Part shown: piece by piece, positions 28,274-36,542 of the stretch
How positions within the stretch are numbered: position 1 is the stretch's first letter
Layout: each line of letters starts with the position of its first letter
From: an uncultured Actinomycetota bacterium
GTDB taxonomy: Bacteria; Actinomycetota; Actinomycetes; Propionibacteriales; Nocardioidaceae
DNA: 64,000 nucleotides
Direction: 5' to 3'
Assembly (NCBI GenBank): GCA_963785115.1
Contig: CAWATY010000007.1
Span: 192,408 to 256,407 of the forward strand
Made by a program: the position numbers and the translations under genes
Notes under the pieces: model-generated
The model's input: the letters and a program-made list of their open reading frames with translations, nothing else
Told to the model about the DNA's origin: nothing
The model's database searches: none

Positions 28274-29425
28274 ATGGTCGACCGCAGGCTCGGCGTGATC
28301 ATGAACGGCGTCACCGGCCGGATGGGGCACCGTCAGCACCTGGTCCGTTCGGTGCTCGCCATCCGTGACCGCGGCGGCGTGCCGTTGCCGGACGGCTCCC
28401 GGGTCCAGCTCGAGCCGATCCTGGTCGGTCGCCACGAGGGCCGGCTGCGCCGGGTGGCGGAGCAGCACGGCCTCGATCGCTGGACGACCGACCTCGACGC
28501 AGCGCTGTCCGATCCCGACGCCCCGGTCTACTTCGACGCGCAGGTCACCGCGGTCCGCGAGTCGGCCCTGACGGCGGCCATCTCCGCCGGCAAGCACGTC
28601 TACACCGAGAAGCCGATCGCCACCGACACCTCGGCCGCCCTCGCCCTGCACCGGCTGGCCATCACCGCAGGCGTGGTGCACGGCGTCGTGCACGACAAGC
28701 TCTACCTCCCCGGGCTGCGCAAGCTGCGGCGGCTCGTGCAGAGCGGGTTCTTCGGCCGGGTCCTGTCGGTGCGCGGGGAGTTCGGCTACTGGGTCTTCGC
28801 GGGTGACGACCAGGAGCCCCAGCGACCGAGCTGGAACTACCGGGCCGAGGAGGGCGGCGGGATCGTCACTGACATGTTCTGCCACTGGAGCTACGTCCTG
28901 GAGAACATCGTCGCCCCCGTCCGGGCCGTGACGGCGCGCGCCGTCACCCACGTGCCGCGTCGCTGGGACGAGCGGGGCGCCCCGTACGACGTCACCGCCG
29001 ACGACGCGGCGTACGGCATCTTCGAGCTGGACGGCGACGTGATCGCGCAGATCAACTCCTCGTGGGCGGTGCGGGTGCACCGCGACGAGCTGGTCGAGTT
29101 CCAGGTCGACGGGACCGAGGGCAGCGCAGTGGCGGGACTGCACGGCTGTCAGGCCCAGCACCGGGCGCAGACACCGCGGTGCGTGTGGGACCCCGACGTC
29201 CGCTCGAGCGACGAGCCCCGCGGCCGCTGGCTGGACGTGCCCGACAACGAGGAGTTCGACAACGGCTTCGCCGCCCAGTGGGAGGAGTTCGTCCGCGACG
29301 TCGTCGCCGGGCGGCCGCACCGCTACGACTTCTTGTCGGCCGCCCGCGGGGTGCAGCTCGCCGAGGCCGGGCTGGCCTCCTCGCGGGAGGGCAGGCGGGT
29401 CGAGCTGGAGCCGTTGCTGCCGTGA
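28274..29425 (+). CDS. Gfo/Idh/MocA-family oxidoreductase
   Basis: MVDRRLGVIMNGVTGRMGHRQHL...VYFDAQVTAVRESALTAAISAGKHVYTEKP. I prefer the ATG at 28274 (5 nt after GGAGG) over the GTG at 28268. Confidence 0.88.
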   Translation: MVDRRLGVIMNGVTGRMGHRQHLVRSVLAIRDRGGVPLPDGSRVQLEPILVGRHEGRLRRVAEQHGLDRWTTDLDAALSDPDAPVYFDAQVTAVRESALTAAISAGKHVYTEKPIATDTSAALALHRLAITAGVVHGVVHDKLYLPGLRKLRRLVQSGFFGRVLSVRGEFGYWVFAGDDQEPQRPSWNYRAEEGGGIVTDMFCHWSYVLENIVAPVRAVTARAVTHVPRRWDERGAPYDVTADDAAYGIFELDGDVIAQINSSWAVRVHRDELVEFQVDGTEGSAVAGLHGCQAQHRAQTPRCVWDPDVRSSDEPRGRWLDVPDNEEFDNGFAAQWEEFVRDVVAGRPHRYDFLSAARGVQLAEAGLASSREGRRVELEPLLP

Positions 29426-30584
29426 CCGTCGCCGAGCTGCCGCTTCCGGACGGCGGCACCGAGCACCGGGTCCTCCGCGAACCAGTCGCGTGGCGACGGC
29501 CCACCCGGCCGCTCGAGCAGCGCGTCGCGTACGCCGCCGCGCACGTGGTGCCGCGGGCGTTCGGTGACAACGTGCCCGGCGCCCCGGCCGACCTCGACTG
29601 GGACACGACGCTCGCGTTCCGCAGGCACCTGTGGTCCTGGGGCCTCGGCGTCGCGGAGGCGATGGACACCGCGCAGCGCGGCATGGGGCTGGACTGGCCG
29701 GCCACCCACGAGCTGGTCCGGCGCAGCGCCGCGGAGGCGCGGGCCGTCGGCGGCGCCGTCGTGGCGGGCGCGGCCACCGACCACCTCCCGGCGGCTGCTG
29801 TGCGCGACCTCCGCACCGTCGCCGACGCCTATCTCGAGCAGGTCGAGGCCGTGCAGTCGGCCGGTGCCCGCGTGGTCGTGATGGCCAGCCGACAGCTGGC
29901 CGCCGTGGCGACGGACCGCACGACTACGCGACGGTGTACGGCCGGGTCCTCGCCGCCGTCGACGAGCCGGCGGTGCTGCACTGGCTGGGCCCTGCCTTCG
30001 ACCCGTGCCTCGAGGGCTACTGGGGGTCGCCCGACCTCGACGTGGCAGCCGACGCGCTGGTGTCGCTCGTTGCCGAGCACGCCGACCGGGTCGACGGCGT
30101 CAAGGTGTCGCTGCTCGACGCCGACCGCGAGGTGGCGCTGCGGAGGCGGCTGCCGGCCGGCGTACGGCTCTACACCGGCGACGACTTCCACTACGACGAG
30201 CTGGTCCGGGGCGACGAGTCGGGCCACAGCGACGCGCTGCTCGGAGCGTTCGCCGCCGTGGCACCCCCCGCGTCGGCCGCCCTGCAGGCGCTCGAGCGCG
30301 GCGACGTCGAGGGCTACGACCGCGCACTCGCGCCGACGGTGCCGCTGGCCCGGCACCTGTTCGCCGCGCCCACGCCGTACTACAAGACCGGGATCGCGTT
30401 CTGCTCCTGGCTCGCCGGGCACCAGCCCGGGTTCACCATGGTGGGAGGACTGCAGGCCGGGCGTGGCCTCGGCCATCTGCTGGACGCGTTCCGGCTCGCC
30501 GACGCGGCCGGCGTGCTCCCCGACCCCGAGCTGGCCGCGACGCGGGTACGCAGGCTGTGCCAGCTCGCCGGCGCCCTGCCATGA
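29422..30584 (+). pseudogene. DUF993-family protein, apparent single-base frameshift near 29913
   Basis: The GTG at 29422 (GTGA overlap) gives VTVAELPLPDGGTEHRVL...AEAMDTAQRGMGLDW...VVVMASRQLAAVAT. One frame over it continues GPHDYATVYGRVLAAVDEPAVLHWLGPAFDP...YYKTGIAFCSWLAGHQ. The break falls at a GG run in gcgacggaccg. Confidence 0.75.
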
Positions 30585-31429
30585 GCGGTGTCGTGAGCGA
30601 CCCGGTGCGGCGGCTGTCGCTCAACCAGATGACGACGCGGGGCTGGGCGCTGCCGGACCTGGTCGACGGCTGCCGGCGCGCCGGCATCGGTGCGGTCGGG
30701 CTGTGGCGCGAGCCCGTCGCCGAGCACGGCCTGGCGCGCACCCGACGGCTGGTAGACGACGCGGGGATGCGGGTGTCGTCGCTGTGCCGCGGGGGGTTCC
30801 TGACCGGCACCGGGCCGGAGGCCGCGGCCGCCCGCGAGGACAACCGGCGCGCGGTCGACGAGGCGGCCAGCCTCGGTGCGGCCTGCCTCGTCCTGGTCGT
30901 CGGCGGCCTGCCGGACGGCTCGCGCGACCTGCCGGGCGCCAGGCAGCGCGTCGCCGACGCCGTCCAGGAGCTCGCGACGTACGCCGCGGGCAGCGGCGTG
31001 CGGCTGGCCCTGGAGCCGCTGCACCCCATGTACTGCGCCGACCGGGCGGTGCTCTCCACCCTCGGCCAGGCGCTCGATCTCGTCGAGGCGCTGCCGGCGG
31101 CGGTCGGCGGCGTGGTCGTCGACGCGTTCCACGTCTGGTGGGACCCCGACCTCGACCGCCAGCTGGCCCGCGCCGGTGCGCGGATCGCCAGCCTCCAGCT
31201 CGGCGACTGGGTCACGCCCCTGGCCGACGACGTGCTGCTCTCCCGCGGCCTGATGGGCGACGGCCACATCGACCTCGCCGGGCTGCACGCGGCCGTCGAC
31301 TCGGTTGGCTACCGCGGCGACGTCGAGGTCGAGATCTTCAACGAGCAGGTGTGGGCGACACCGCCGGAGGACGTCGTGACCGAGGTGGTGCGTCGCTACC
31401 GGGCGCTCGCGCCCGCAGCGGTCGGCTGA
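30581..31429 (+). CDS. sugar phosphate isomerase/epimerase (xylose isomerase-like TIM barrel)
   Basis: ATGA overlap with the preceding gene. MSGVVSDPVRRLSLNQMTTRGW...LVLVVGG...RLALEPLHP...VVVDAFHVWWDP...GDGHIDL. Confidence 0.88.
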   Translation: MSGVVSDPVRRLSLNQMTTRGWALPDLVDGCRRAGIGAVGLWREPVAEHGLARTRRLVDDAGMRVSSLCRGGFLTGTGPEAAAAREDNRRAVDEAASLGAACLVLVVGGLPDGSRDLPGARQRVADAVQELATYAAGSGVRLALEPLHPMYCADRAVLSTLGQALDLVEALPAAVGGVVVDAFHVWWDPDLDRQLARAGARIASLQLGDWVTPLADDVLLSRGLMGDGHIDLAGLHAAVDSVGYRGDVEVEIFNEQVWATPPEDVVTEVVRRYRALAPAAVG

Positions 31430-32367
31430 CTCCGCCGGCCTAGCTCGGCGAGCGCACTCGCCCGGTCGTCGTCCGCGTCACCGTCGGCCACCACGACGGC
31501 GTACGAGAGGTCGACCGTCTCACCGGGCGCGACGGTGTGCTCGGTGTCGAAGAACGGCGCGGGACACAGGCAGGCGTAGATGCCGGTGCGCACGAACCAC
31601 TGGGTCGGCTGCTCGCGTCGCGGGTCGTCGACGAAGACCAGCGTCGACGAGCGGGCGTGGTCGTCGTGCCGGCCGGTGTAGGCCATCCACGGCGCCCTGC
31701 TGCCCATCAGCTCGTCGCCCCCGGTGCGGTCCGGCGTGCGTACGGTGCCGCCGGAGAACGACCGTGGTCCGCGCCAGAACAGCCCGCCGTAGCCCGCGTC
31801 CGGACGGCCCTCGGTGGTGGGGCTGCCGATGACGACGTCGTGGCCGCTGACGTTGCGCATCCGGGTGCCGAAGCCGAGCGTCCAGGCCCGGTCGTCGGCC
31901 GCGACGGCGAACGCGAGGTCCCGCTCCTCCTCGAACCAGGTGTCGCCGCCCTCGGTGTCCCAGCGCAGTCGCTGGCGCACCCGCACCTTGTCGGAGTCGG
32001 CATCGAGCGCCTCGAAGCCGGCGTGCACCATCGACCCGTTGTTGTCGAGCTGGGCGTAGCCGCGACCACGCAGGAAGGTCGGCCCGCCCCAGAAGTTCTC
32101 GGTGCCCACGTTGGGCAGCGACCACGCGATGCCCTTGTGCCACACGTGGTCGTGCGGCCGGTACAGGCTCACCTGGTCACCGCCGAGGGTGCGCAGCGGG
32201 TGCAGGTACGGCTTCGGCGACTCCAGCTGCGGGTCCCACGGCTGGTACACGTAGCGCGCCAGCTCGATGTCGTCGTGGGTCACCCGCAGCGACCGGCCGA
32301 GCTCGTGCACGAGGCCGAGACCGGTTGCCGCGGGCTCCGTGGACCTGGCCGTGCTCGACATGCTCAC
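31396..32367 (-). CDS. PmoA-family (DUF6807-like) protein
   Basis: YVYQPWDPQLESPKPYLHPLRTLGGDQVSLYRPHDHVWHKGIAWSLPNVG...FWGG...GYGGLFWRGP. Confidence 0.7.
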   Translation of the reverse strand: MSMSSTARSTEPAATGLGLVHELGRSLRVTHDDIELARYVYQPWDPQLESPKPYLHPLRTLGGDQVSLYRPHDHVWHKGIAWSLPNVGTENFWGGPTFLRGRGYAQLDNNGSMVHAGFEALDADSDKVRVRQRLRWDTEGGDTWFEEERDLAFAVAADDRAWTLGFGTRMRNVSGHDVVIGSPTTEGRPDAGYGGLFWRGPRSFSGGTVRTPDRTGGDELMGSRAPWMAYTGRHDDHARSSTLVFVDDPRREQPTQWFVRTGIYACLCPAPFFDTEHTVAPGETVDLSYAVVVADGDADDDRASALAELGRRSQPTAAGASAR

Positions 32368-32395
32368 CTCGTCGATGGGGGAGCCACGAGCCTAT

Positions 32396-32409
32396 GGAAA
32401 GCGTATTCC
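32396..32409. promoter_or_regulatory. LacI-type operator (site C)
   Basis: GGAAAGCGTATTCC, 29 bp upstream of the PmoA-family start. Confidence 0.5.
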
Positions 32410-32453
32410 CGATGTCAACGGAGCGCCGCGTCGAAAGGTTGCGAAGCCCGGCG

Positions 32454-32729
32454 TCAGCCGCCCGCGACGGCCGGGATGATCGACAGCTGGGCGCCGTCGG
32501 CCACCGGGGTGGCCACGCCGTCGGCGAAGCGCACGTCGTCGTTGTCGACGTACACGTTGACGAACCGGCGTAGCGCGCCCTGCTCGTCGACGATCCGCTG
32601 CTTGATGCCGGGGTGGTCGGACTCCAGCGCGTCGAGCACCTCGCCCACGGTGGAGCCCTGCGAGGGGACCTCCTTGGCGCCACCGGTGTAGGTCCGCAGC
32701 ACGGTCGGCACCCGCACGGTGACGCTCAT
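32454..32729 (-). CDS. MoaD/ThiS-family sulfur-carrier protein ending in GG (candidate MetO/CysO-type)
   Basis: MSVTVRVPTVLRTYTGGAKEV...VNVYVDNDDVRF...LSIIPAVAGG. ATGA overlap with the upstream ThrC-like gene. Confidence 0.85.
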   Translation of the reverse strand: MSVTVRVPTVLRTYTGGAKEVPSQGSTVGEVLDALESDHPGIKQRIVDEQGALRRFVNVYVDNDDVRFADGVATPVADGAQLSIIPAVAGG

Positions 32730-34009
32730 GCGAGCCCCGCCTCGGTGAACGCCTCGTAGGTGGGCGCAATGGTGGCCGTAGGCCCCACCCGGTCGGCCAC
32801 GGCATTGAGCGTCTTCAGGCCGTCGCCGGTGTTGAAGACGACCGTCTCGGCGTCGGGATCGAGCTGGCCGCTCTCGAGCAGCTTCTTGAGGGTCGCGATC
32901 GTCACGCCGCCAGCGGTCTCGGCGAAGATGCCCTCGGTGCGGGCCAGCAGCGAGATGCCGGACCGGATCTCCTCGTCGGTCACCGACTCGACAGCGCCGC
33001 CGGTCCGGCGGGCCACGTCGAGCACGTACGGGCCGTCGGCCGGGTTCCCGATGGCCAGCGACTTGGCGATCGTGTCGGGCCGCACCGGCCGGACGACGTC
33101 GTGCCCCTCGGCGTACGCGGTGGCGACCGGCGAGCAGCCGGTGGCCTGGGCGCCGAACACCCGGTAGGGCGTCGGCTCGACCAGCCCGTGCCGGCCGAGC
33201 TCGCCGAAGCCCTTGTCGACCTTGGTGAGCTGGGAGCCGGAGGCGACGGGCACGACGACCTGCTCAGGCAGCCGCCAGCCCAGCTGCTCGGCGACCTCGA
33301 AGGCCAGCGTCTTGGAGCCCTCGGAGTAGTAGGGGCGCACGTTGACGTTGACGAACGCCCAGTCCTCCTGCTCGCCGGCGATCTCGGAGGCCAGCCGGTT
33401 GACGTCGTCGTAGGTGCCGTCGACGGCGACCAGGGTGCCGCCGTAGACGGCGGTGGTGAGGATCTTGGGCTGCTCGAGGTCCTGCGGGATCAGCACCACG
33501 CTGCGGATGCCCGCGCGAGCGGCCGCGGCGGCCGTCGCGTTGGCGAGGTTGCCCGTCGACGGGCAGGCCAGCACCGTGAAGCCGAGCTCGCGGGCGGCGG
33601 TGAGGGCGACCGCCACCACCCGGTCCTTGAACGAGTGCGTCGGGTTGCCCGAGTCGTCCTTGACCCACAGCGTCTTGATGCCGAGCTCGCGGGCGAGGTT
33701 GTCGGCGCGTACCAGCCGGGTCATGCCGGGGTCGGTGCTGGGGAACGTCGCGACGTCGACCGGCACCGGCAGCAACGGCTGGTAGCGCCAGATGCTGCGC
33801 GGTCCGGCGGCCAGCTGCTCGCGGGTCACGGTCAGGTCGGGGTCGTACGCGACCTCGAGGGGGCCGAAGCACTCCGGACACGCGTAGACCGCGCCGAGCT
33901 CCTGGCGGACCCCACACTCGCGACAGGACAGCGCGACCGCGTTGCCGAATGCTCCGTCGCGCACGGCGCCCGCAGGCGACCGGGTCGGGACGAGGGTGGA
34001 CGTGCTCAC
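32726..34009 (-). CDS. threonine synthase-family PLP enzyme with N-terminal Cys4 zinc ribbon (candidate MetM-type homocysteine synthase)
   Basis: The GTG at 34009 lies 10 nt after GAAGGAG. LSCRECGVRQELGAVYACPECFGPLEV is the zinc ribbon. NPTHSFKDRVVAVAL carries the PLP lysine. GNLANATAAAAARAGI follows. Confidence 0.85.
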   Translation of the reverse strand: MSTSTLVPTRSPAGAVRDGAFGNAVALSCRECGVRQELGAVYACPECFGPLEVAYDPDLTVTREQLAAGPRSIWRYQPLLPVPVDVATFPSTDPGMTRLVRADNLARELGIKTLWVKDDSGNPTHSFKDRVVAVALTAARELGFTVLACPSTGNLANATAAAAARAGIRSVVLIPQDLEQPKILTTAVYGGTLVAVDGTYDDVNRLASEIAGEQEDWAFVNVNVRPYYSEGSKTLAFEVAEQLGWRLPEQVVVPVASGSQLTKVDKGFGELGRHGLVEPTPYRVFGAQATGCSPVATAYAEGHDVVRPVRPDTIAKSLAIGNPADGPYVLDVARRTGGAVESVTDEEIRSGISLLARTEGIFAETAGGVTIATLKKLLESGQLDPDAETVVFNTGDGLKTLNAVADRVGPTATIAPTYEAFTEAGLA

Positions 34010-34025
34010 AGGCTCAGCGCTCCTT

Positions 34026-34142
34026 CTCATCTTCCCCGGGGCGTCTCTCGCCGCGGGACGGAGTTGGCACCTGGCCACGCGTGACGCGCGTGGTGGGTTG
34101 CCGGGGCTTCACCGGGCCGTTCCCTCTGCCCCTCTGGATGAG
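34026..34142 (-). promoter_or_regulatory. SAM-I (S-box) riboswitch
   Basis: The minus strand reads CTCATCCAGAGGGGCAGAGGGAACGGCCCGGTGAAGCCCCGGCAACC...GGTGCCAACTCC...GAAGATGAG. P1 pairs CTCATC with GATGAG. GA motifs and the GGCAACC and GGTGCCAA-TCC cores are present. The SD follows directly after P1. Confidence 0.85.
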
Positions 34143-34209
34143 CAGGTTCGAGCGTAGGCGGCCGAGCGGGACGGGGCCGAATCACCCGTCCATCATGTGG
34201 ATGGCCGTC

Positions 34210-34644
34210 TCAGCTAGTGGACTCGTGGTGGCGGGTGCCATGGGTGCGGCGGCGCTCCTTCATCTCCGCCTCGTACAGGTGCCGACGGCCGGCGACCAGC
34301 GCCTCGCGGGCGTCGTGTTCCAGCTCCTTGAAGGTCGCGTAGTAGCCGTCGTCGTACTCCTCGACGACCTGGAAGCTCCATCTGCCCTCGGCGATGTTGC
34401 GACCGACCAGCTCGGTGTCGATCCGGTCGGCCAGCTCACCGTGTCCGGCCGCCCGCAACATGTCGACCGCCTCGCCGACGGCCAGGTCGGCGGTGCCGCA
34501 CATGCGGTGGAAGCCGTAGAGCAGGCCGCGGGCGTGCTCGACCACCTCGAGCGCCTCGGACAGCTTGCCGAGCGCCTCGACGGTGGCGTCGTCGACGCCG
34601 TCCGGGCGCTGGTGCTGCGGCGCCGGGGTCTCGCGGTCGCTCAT
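34210..34644 (-). CDS. hypothetical protein (conserved-looking, cytoplasmic)
   Basis: MSDRETPAPQHQRPDGVDDATVEALGKLSEALEVVEHARGLLYGFHRMCGTADL... ATGA overlap with the otsB stop. Confidence 0.6.
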   Translation of the reverse strand: MSDRETPAPQHQRPDGVDDATVEALGKLSEALEVVEHARGLLYGFHRMCGTADLAVGEAVDMLRAAGHGELADRIDTELVGRNIAEGRWSFQVVEEYDDGYYATFKELEHDAREALVAGRRHLYEAEMKERRRTHGTRHHESTS

Positions 34645-35477
34645 CGGGCCTCCGCCAGTCGGTCGCCCAGCGCGCCGAGCCACGCCACCACTCCGCCCGG
34701 GCCGTCCAGCACCAGGTCGGCACGGGCGGACAGGCCGGGCCCGTCGCTGCCGGCCGACCAGATCAGCAGCCCGTTTCCGCCGGCCTCCCGGTACCGCTCC
34801 ACGGCGTCGTAGGCGGCGGCATCACCCAGGTCGTCGCCGGCGTAGACGACGGTGCCCGCACCGGAGTCGGCGAGCAGCTCGTCGATGGCGCCACCCTTGT
34901 CGGCGCCCGGCGCGCGCAGCTCGAGCACGTGCTTGCCCGGCTCGACGTGCAGGTCGACCTCGGTGGCCAGCGCATCCAGCGGCTCGCGCAGACGCTCCAT
35001 GGCGCCGGCCGGGTCTGCCGTACGACGCAGGTGCACGACGAGCGCACGACCTTTGTCCTCGACCTGGGCGTCGGCGAGGTCGAGCCCGGCCAGCAGCTCC
35101 GGCAGCCGCTGCCGCGCCTGCTCGACCCCCGGCGGCGGGGGCGGGCCGTCGGTCTCACCGGTCCGGGCGTCCCACCGCTCGACGCCGTACTGACCGAGCA
35201 CCCGCAGCCCGGACAGCCCGTCAGCACCGGCGAACCCGCCGAGCTCGAGGACCTGGGCCACCGACCGCCCGGTGACCACCGCGACACCGCGCAGGTGACC
35301 GGCCAGCCGGCCGAGGACGCCGACCGCGTCGGGGTGCGCGTAGGCACGGGCGGGGTCGTCGATGATCGGCGAGAGAACGCCGTCGAAGTCGGAGGCCAGC
35401 AGGGCGTCACCCGGGTCGTCCAGCAGCGCCGCGAGCGCCGCCCGACCCGCATCCGTCGTGGGCTCGGCGAGGGCCAT
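34641..35477 (-). CDS. otsB: trehalose-phosphatase
   Basis: The HAD motif LLASDFDGVLSPI is followed by VAVVTGRSV, LELRAPGADKGGAI and VVYAGDDLGD. Confidence 0.88.
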   Translation of the reverse strand: MALAEPTTDAGRAALAALLDDPGDALLASDFDGVLSPIIDDPARAYAHPDAVGVLGRLAGHLRGVAVVTGRSVAQVLELGGFAGADGLSGLRVLGQYGVERWDARTGETDGPPPPPGVEQARQRLPELLAGLDLADAQVEDKGRALVVHLRRTADPAGAMERLREPLDALATEVDLHVEPGKHVLELRAPGADKGGAIDELLADSGAGTVVYAGDDLGDAAAYDAVERYREAGGNGLLIWSAGSDGPGLSARADLVLDGPGGVVAWLGALGDRLAEAR

Positions 35478-35499
35478 GGCCCGACCGTACGCCGCCGGG

Positions 35500-36024
35500 T
35501 CAGGGCGAGCCGACGAGGATGACCGTCAGCCGGTCGAAGCTCATCGGTGACACGGCCGGGTGCACCCGGCTGATGCCGAGGTCCCTGGCCAGCAGCCCGG
35601 CCTGCGCCTTCAGCCGGCTCGGGTAGTAGACGGTGTTGGCGGGGATCTCGCCGTACCAGTTGTCGGTGGCGACGACCCGCCACCCGCTGTCCTGCAACAC
35701 CGCGCCGGTGTCGCTGGCGAGTCCGCTGATCCCGGAGTTGTTGTAGACCTCGACGTAGGCGGTGCGCCGCTCGACCGGCTGGTTGGTCCCCTGGCCACCG
35801 TGATCACCGTGATCACCGTGGCCGTCAGGCCCACCCTGACCCGCGTGGTCGCCCGCGCCGCTCCCGTTACCGGTGTCCGACGATGGCGGCGCGGTGGACC
35901 CGGTGTCCGGCGCCGCCTCGACGTCGCCGTCGCGGTCGCCGGTCACCACGAACCCCACGAGGGCGAGCGCGACCACGGCGGCGCACACGGCCACCAGCCA
36001 GGAGGGAAGAGCGACGCCCCGCAC
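35500..36024 (-). CDS. LytR C-terminal domain-containing membrane protein
   Basis: An N-terminal TM segment and a Gly/His/Asp-rich linker are followed by VEVYNNSGISGLASDTGAVLQDSGWRVVATDNW...TVYYP...LARDLGI. Confidence 0.75.
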   Translation of the reverse strand: MRGVALPSWLVAVCAAVVALALVGFVVTGDRDGDVEAAPDTGSTAPPSSDTGNGSGAGDHAGQGGPDGHGDHGDHGGQGTNQPVERRTAYVEVYNNSGISGLASDTGAVLQDSGWRVVATDNWYGEIPANTVYYPSRLKAQAGLLARDLGISRVHPAVSPMSFDRLTVILVGSP

Positions 36025-36030
36025 GGGGCC

Positions 36031-36330
36031 TCAGACGTCGATGCCGAGCCGACGGGCCGACCGGGCCCGCTGCCGGGCGGCGCGCAGCCGGCGCAGCCGC
36101 TTGACCAGCAGCGGGTCGTACGCCAGCGCGGCCGGCTGGTCGATCAGCGCGTTGAGCACCTGGTAGTAGCGGGTGGCCGACATCGCGAACTGCTCGCGCA
36201 CCGCCTGCTCCTTGGCGCCCGCGAACTTCCACCACTGGCGCTCGAAGCGCAGCAGCTCCTTGTCGCGGTCGGACAGCTCCTCCGCCGCGCGGGCGGAGAC
36301 GCCGGAGGTCACGACGTCGGCGGCATCCAT
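36031..36330 (-). CDS. DUF3263 domain-containing protein
   Basis: LSDRDKELLRFERQWWKFAGAKEQAVREQFAMSATRYYQVLNALIDQPAALAYDPLLVKRLRRL. Confidence 0.8.
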   Translation of the reverse strand: MDAADVVTSGVSARAAEELSDRDKELLRFERQWWKFAGAKEQAVREQFAMSATRYYQVLNALIDQPAALAYDPLLVKRLRRLRAARQRARSARRLGIDV

Positions 36331-36542
36331 GCAGCGACTCCGATCGGCGGAGCGGACAGGTCGGACGGGCTGAGCTCGGACGCACCCCATCGTAGGCGAC
36401 GAACCACAACGGTGTCATTCGCCACGACGGTTGTCCCCAGAGTGTCGCAAGTGCCCGACGCCCGCCGCGACCCGGCCCGGCGACCCCTGAGCGCGCTCAC
36501 CTCCGGATGCGGGTCGCCGCGGGCTGGGTAGGGTCGGCGCAA

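Noticed and set aside
32726-34009. Calling this gene housekeeping threonine synthase (thrC)
   Set aside because: SAM-I riboswitch control and coupling to a GG-terminated sulfur carrier argue for a methionine-pathway role. I keep the family name but flag the function.
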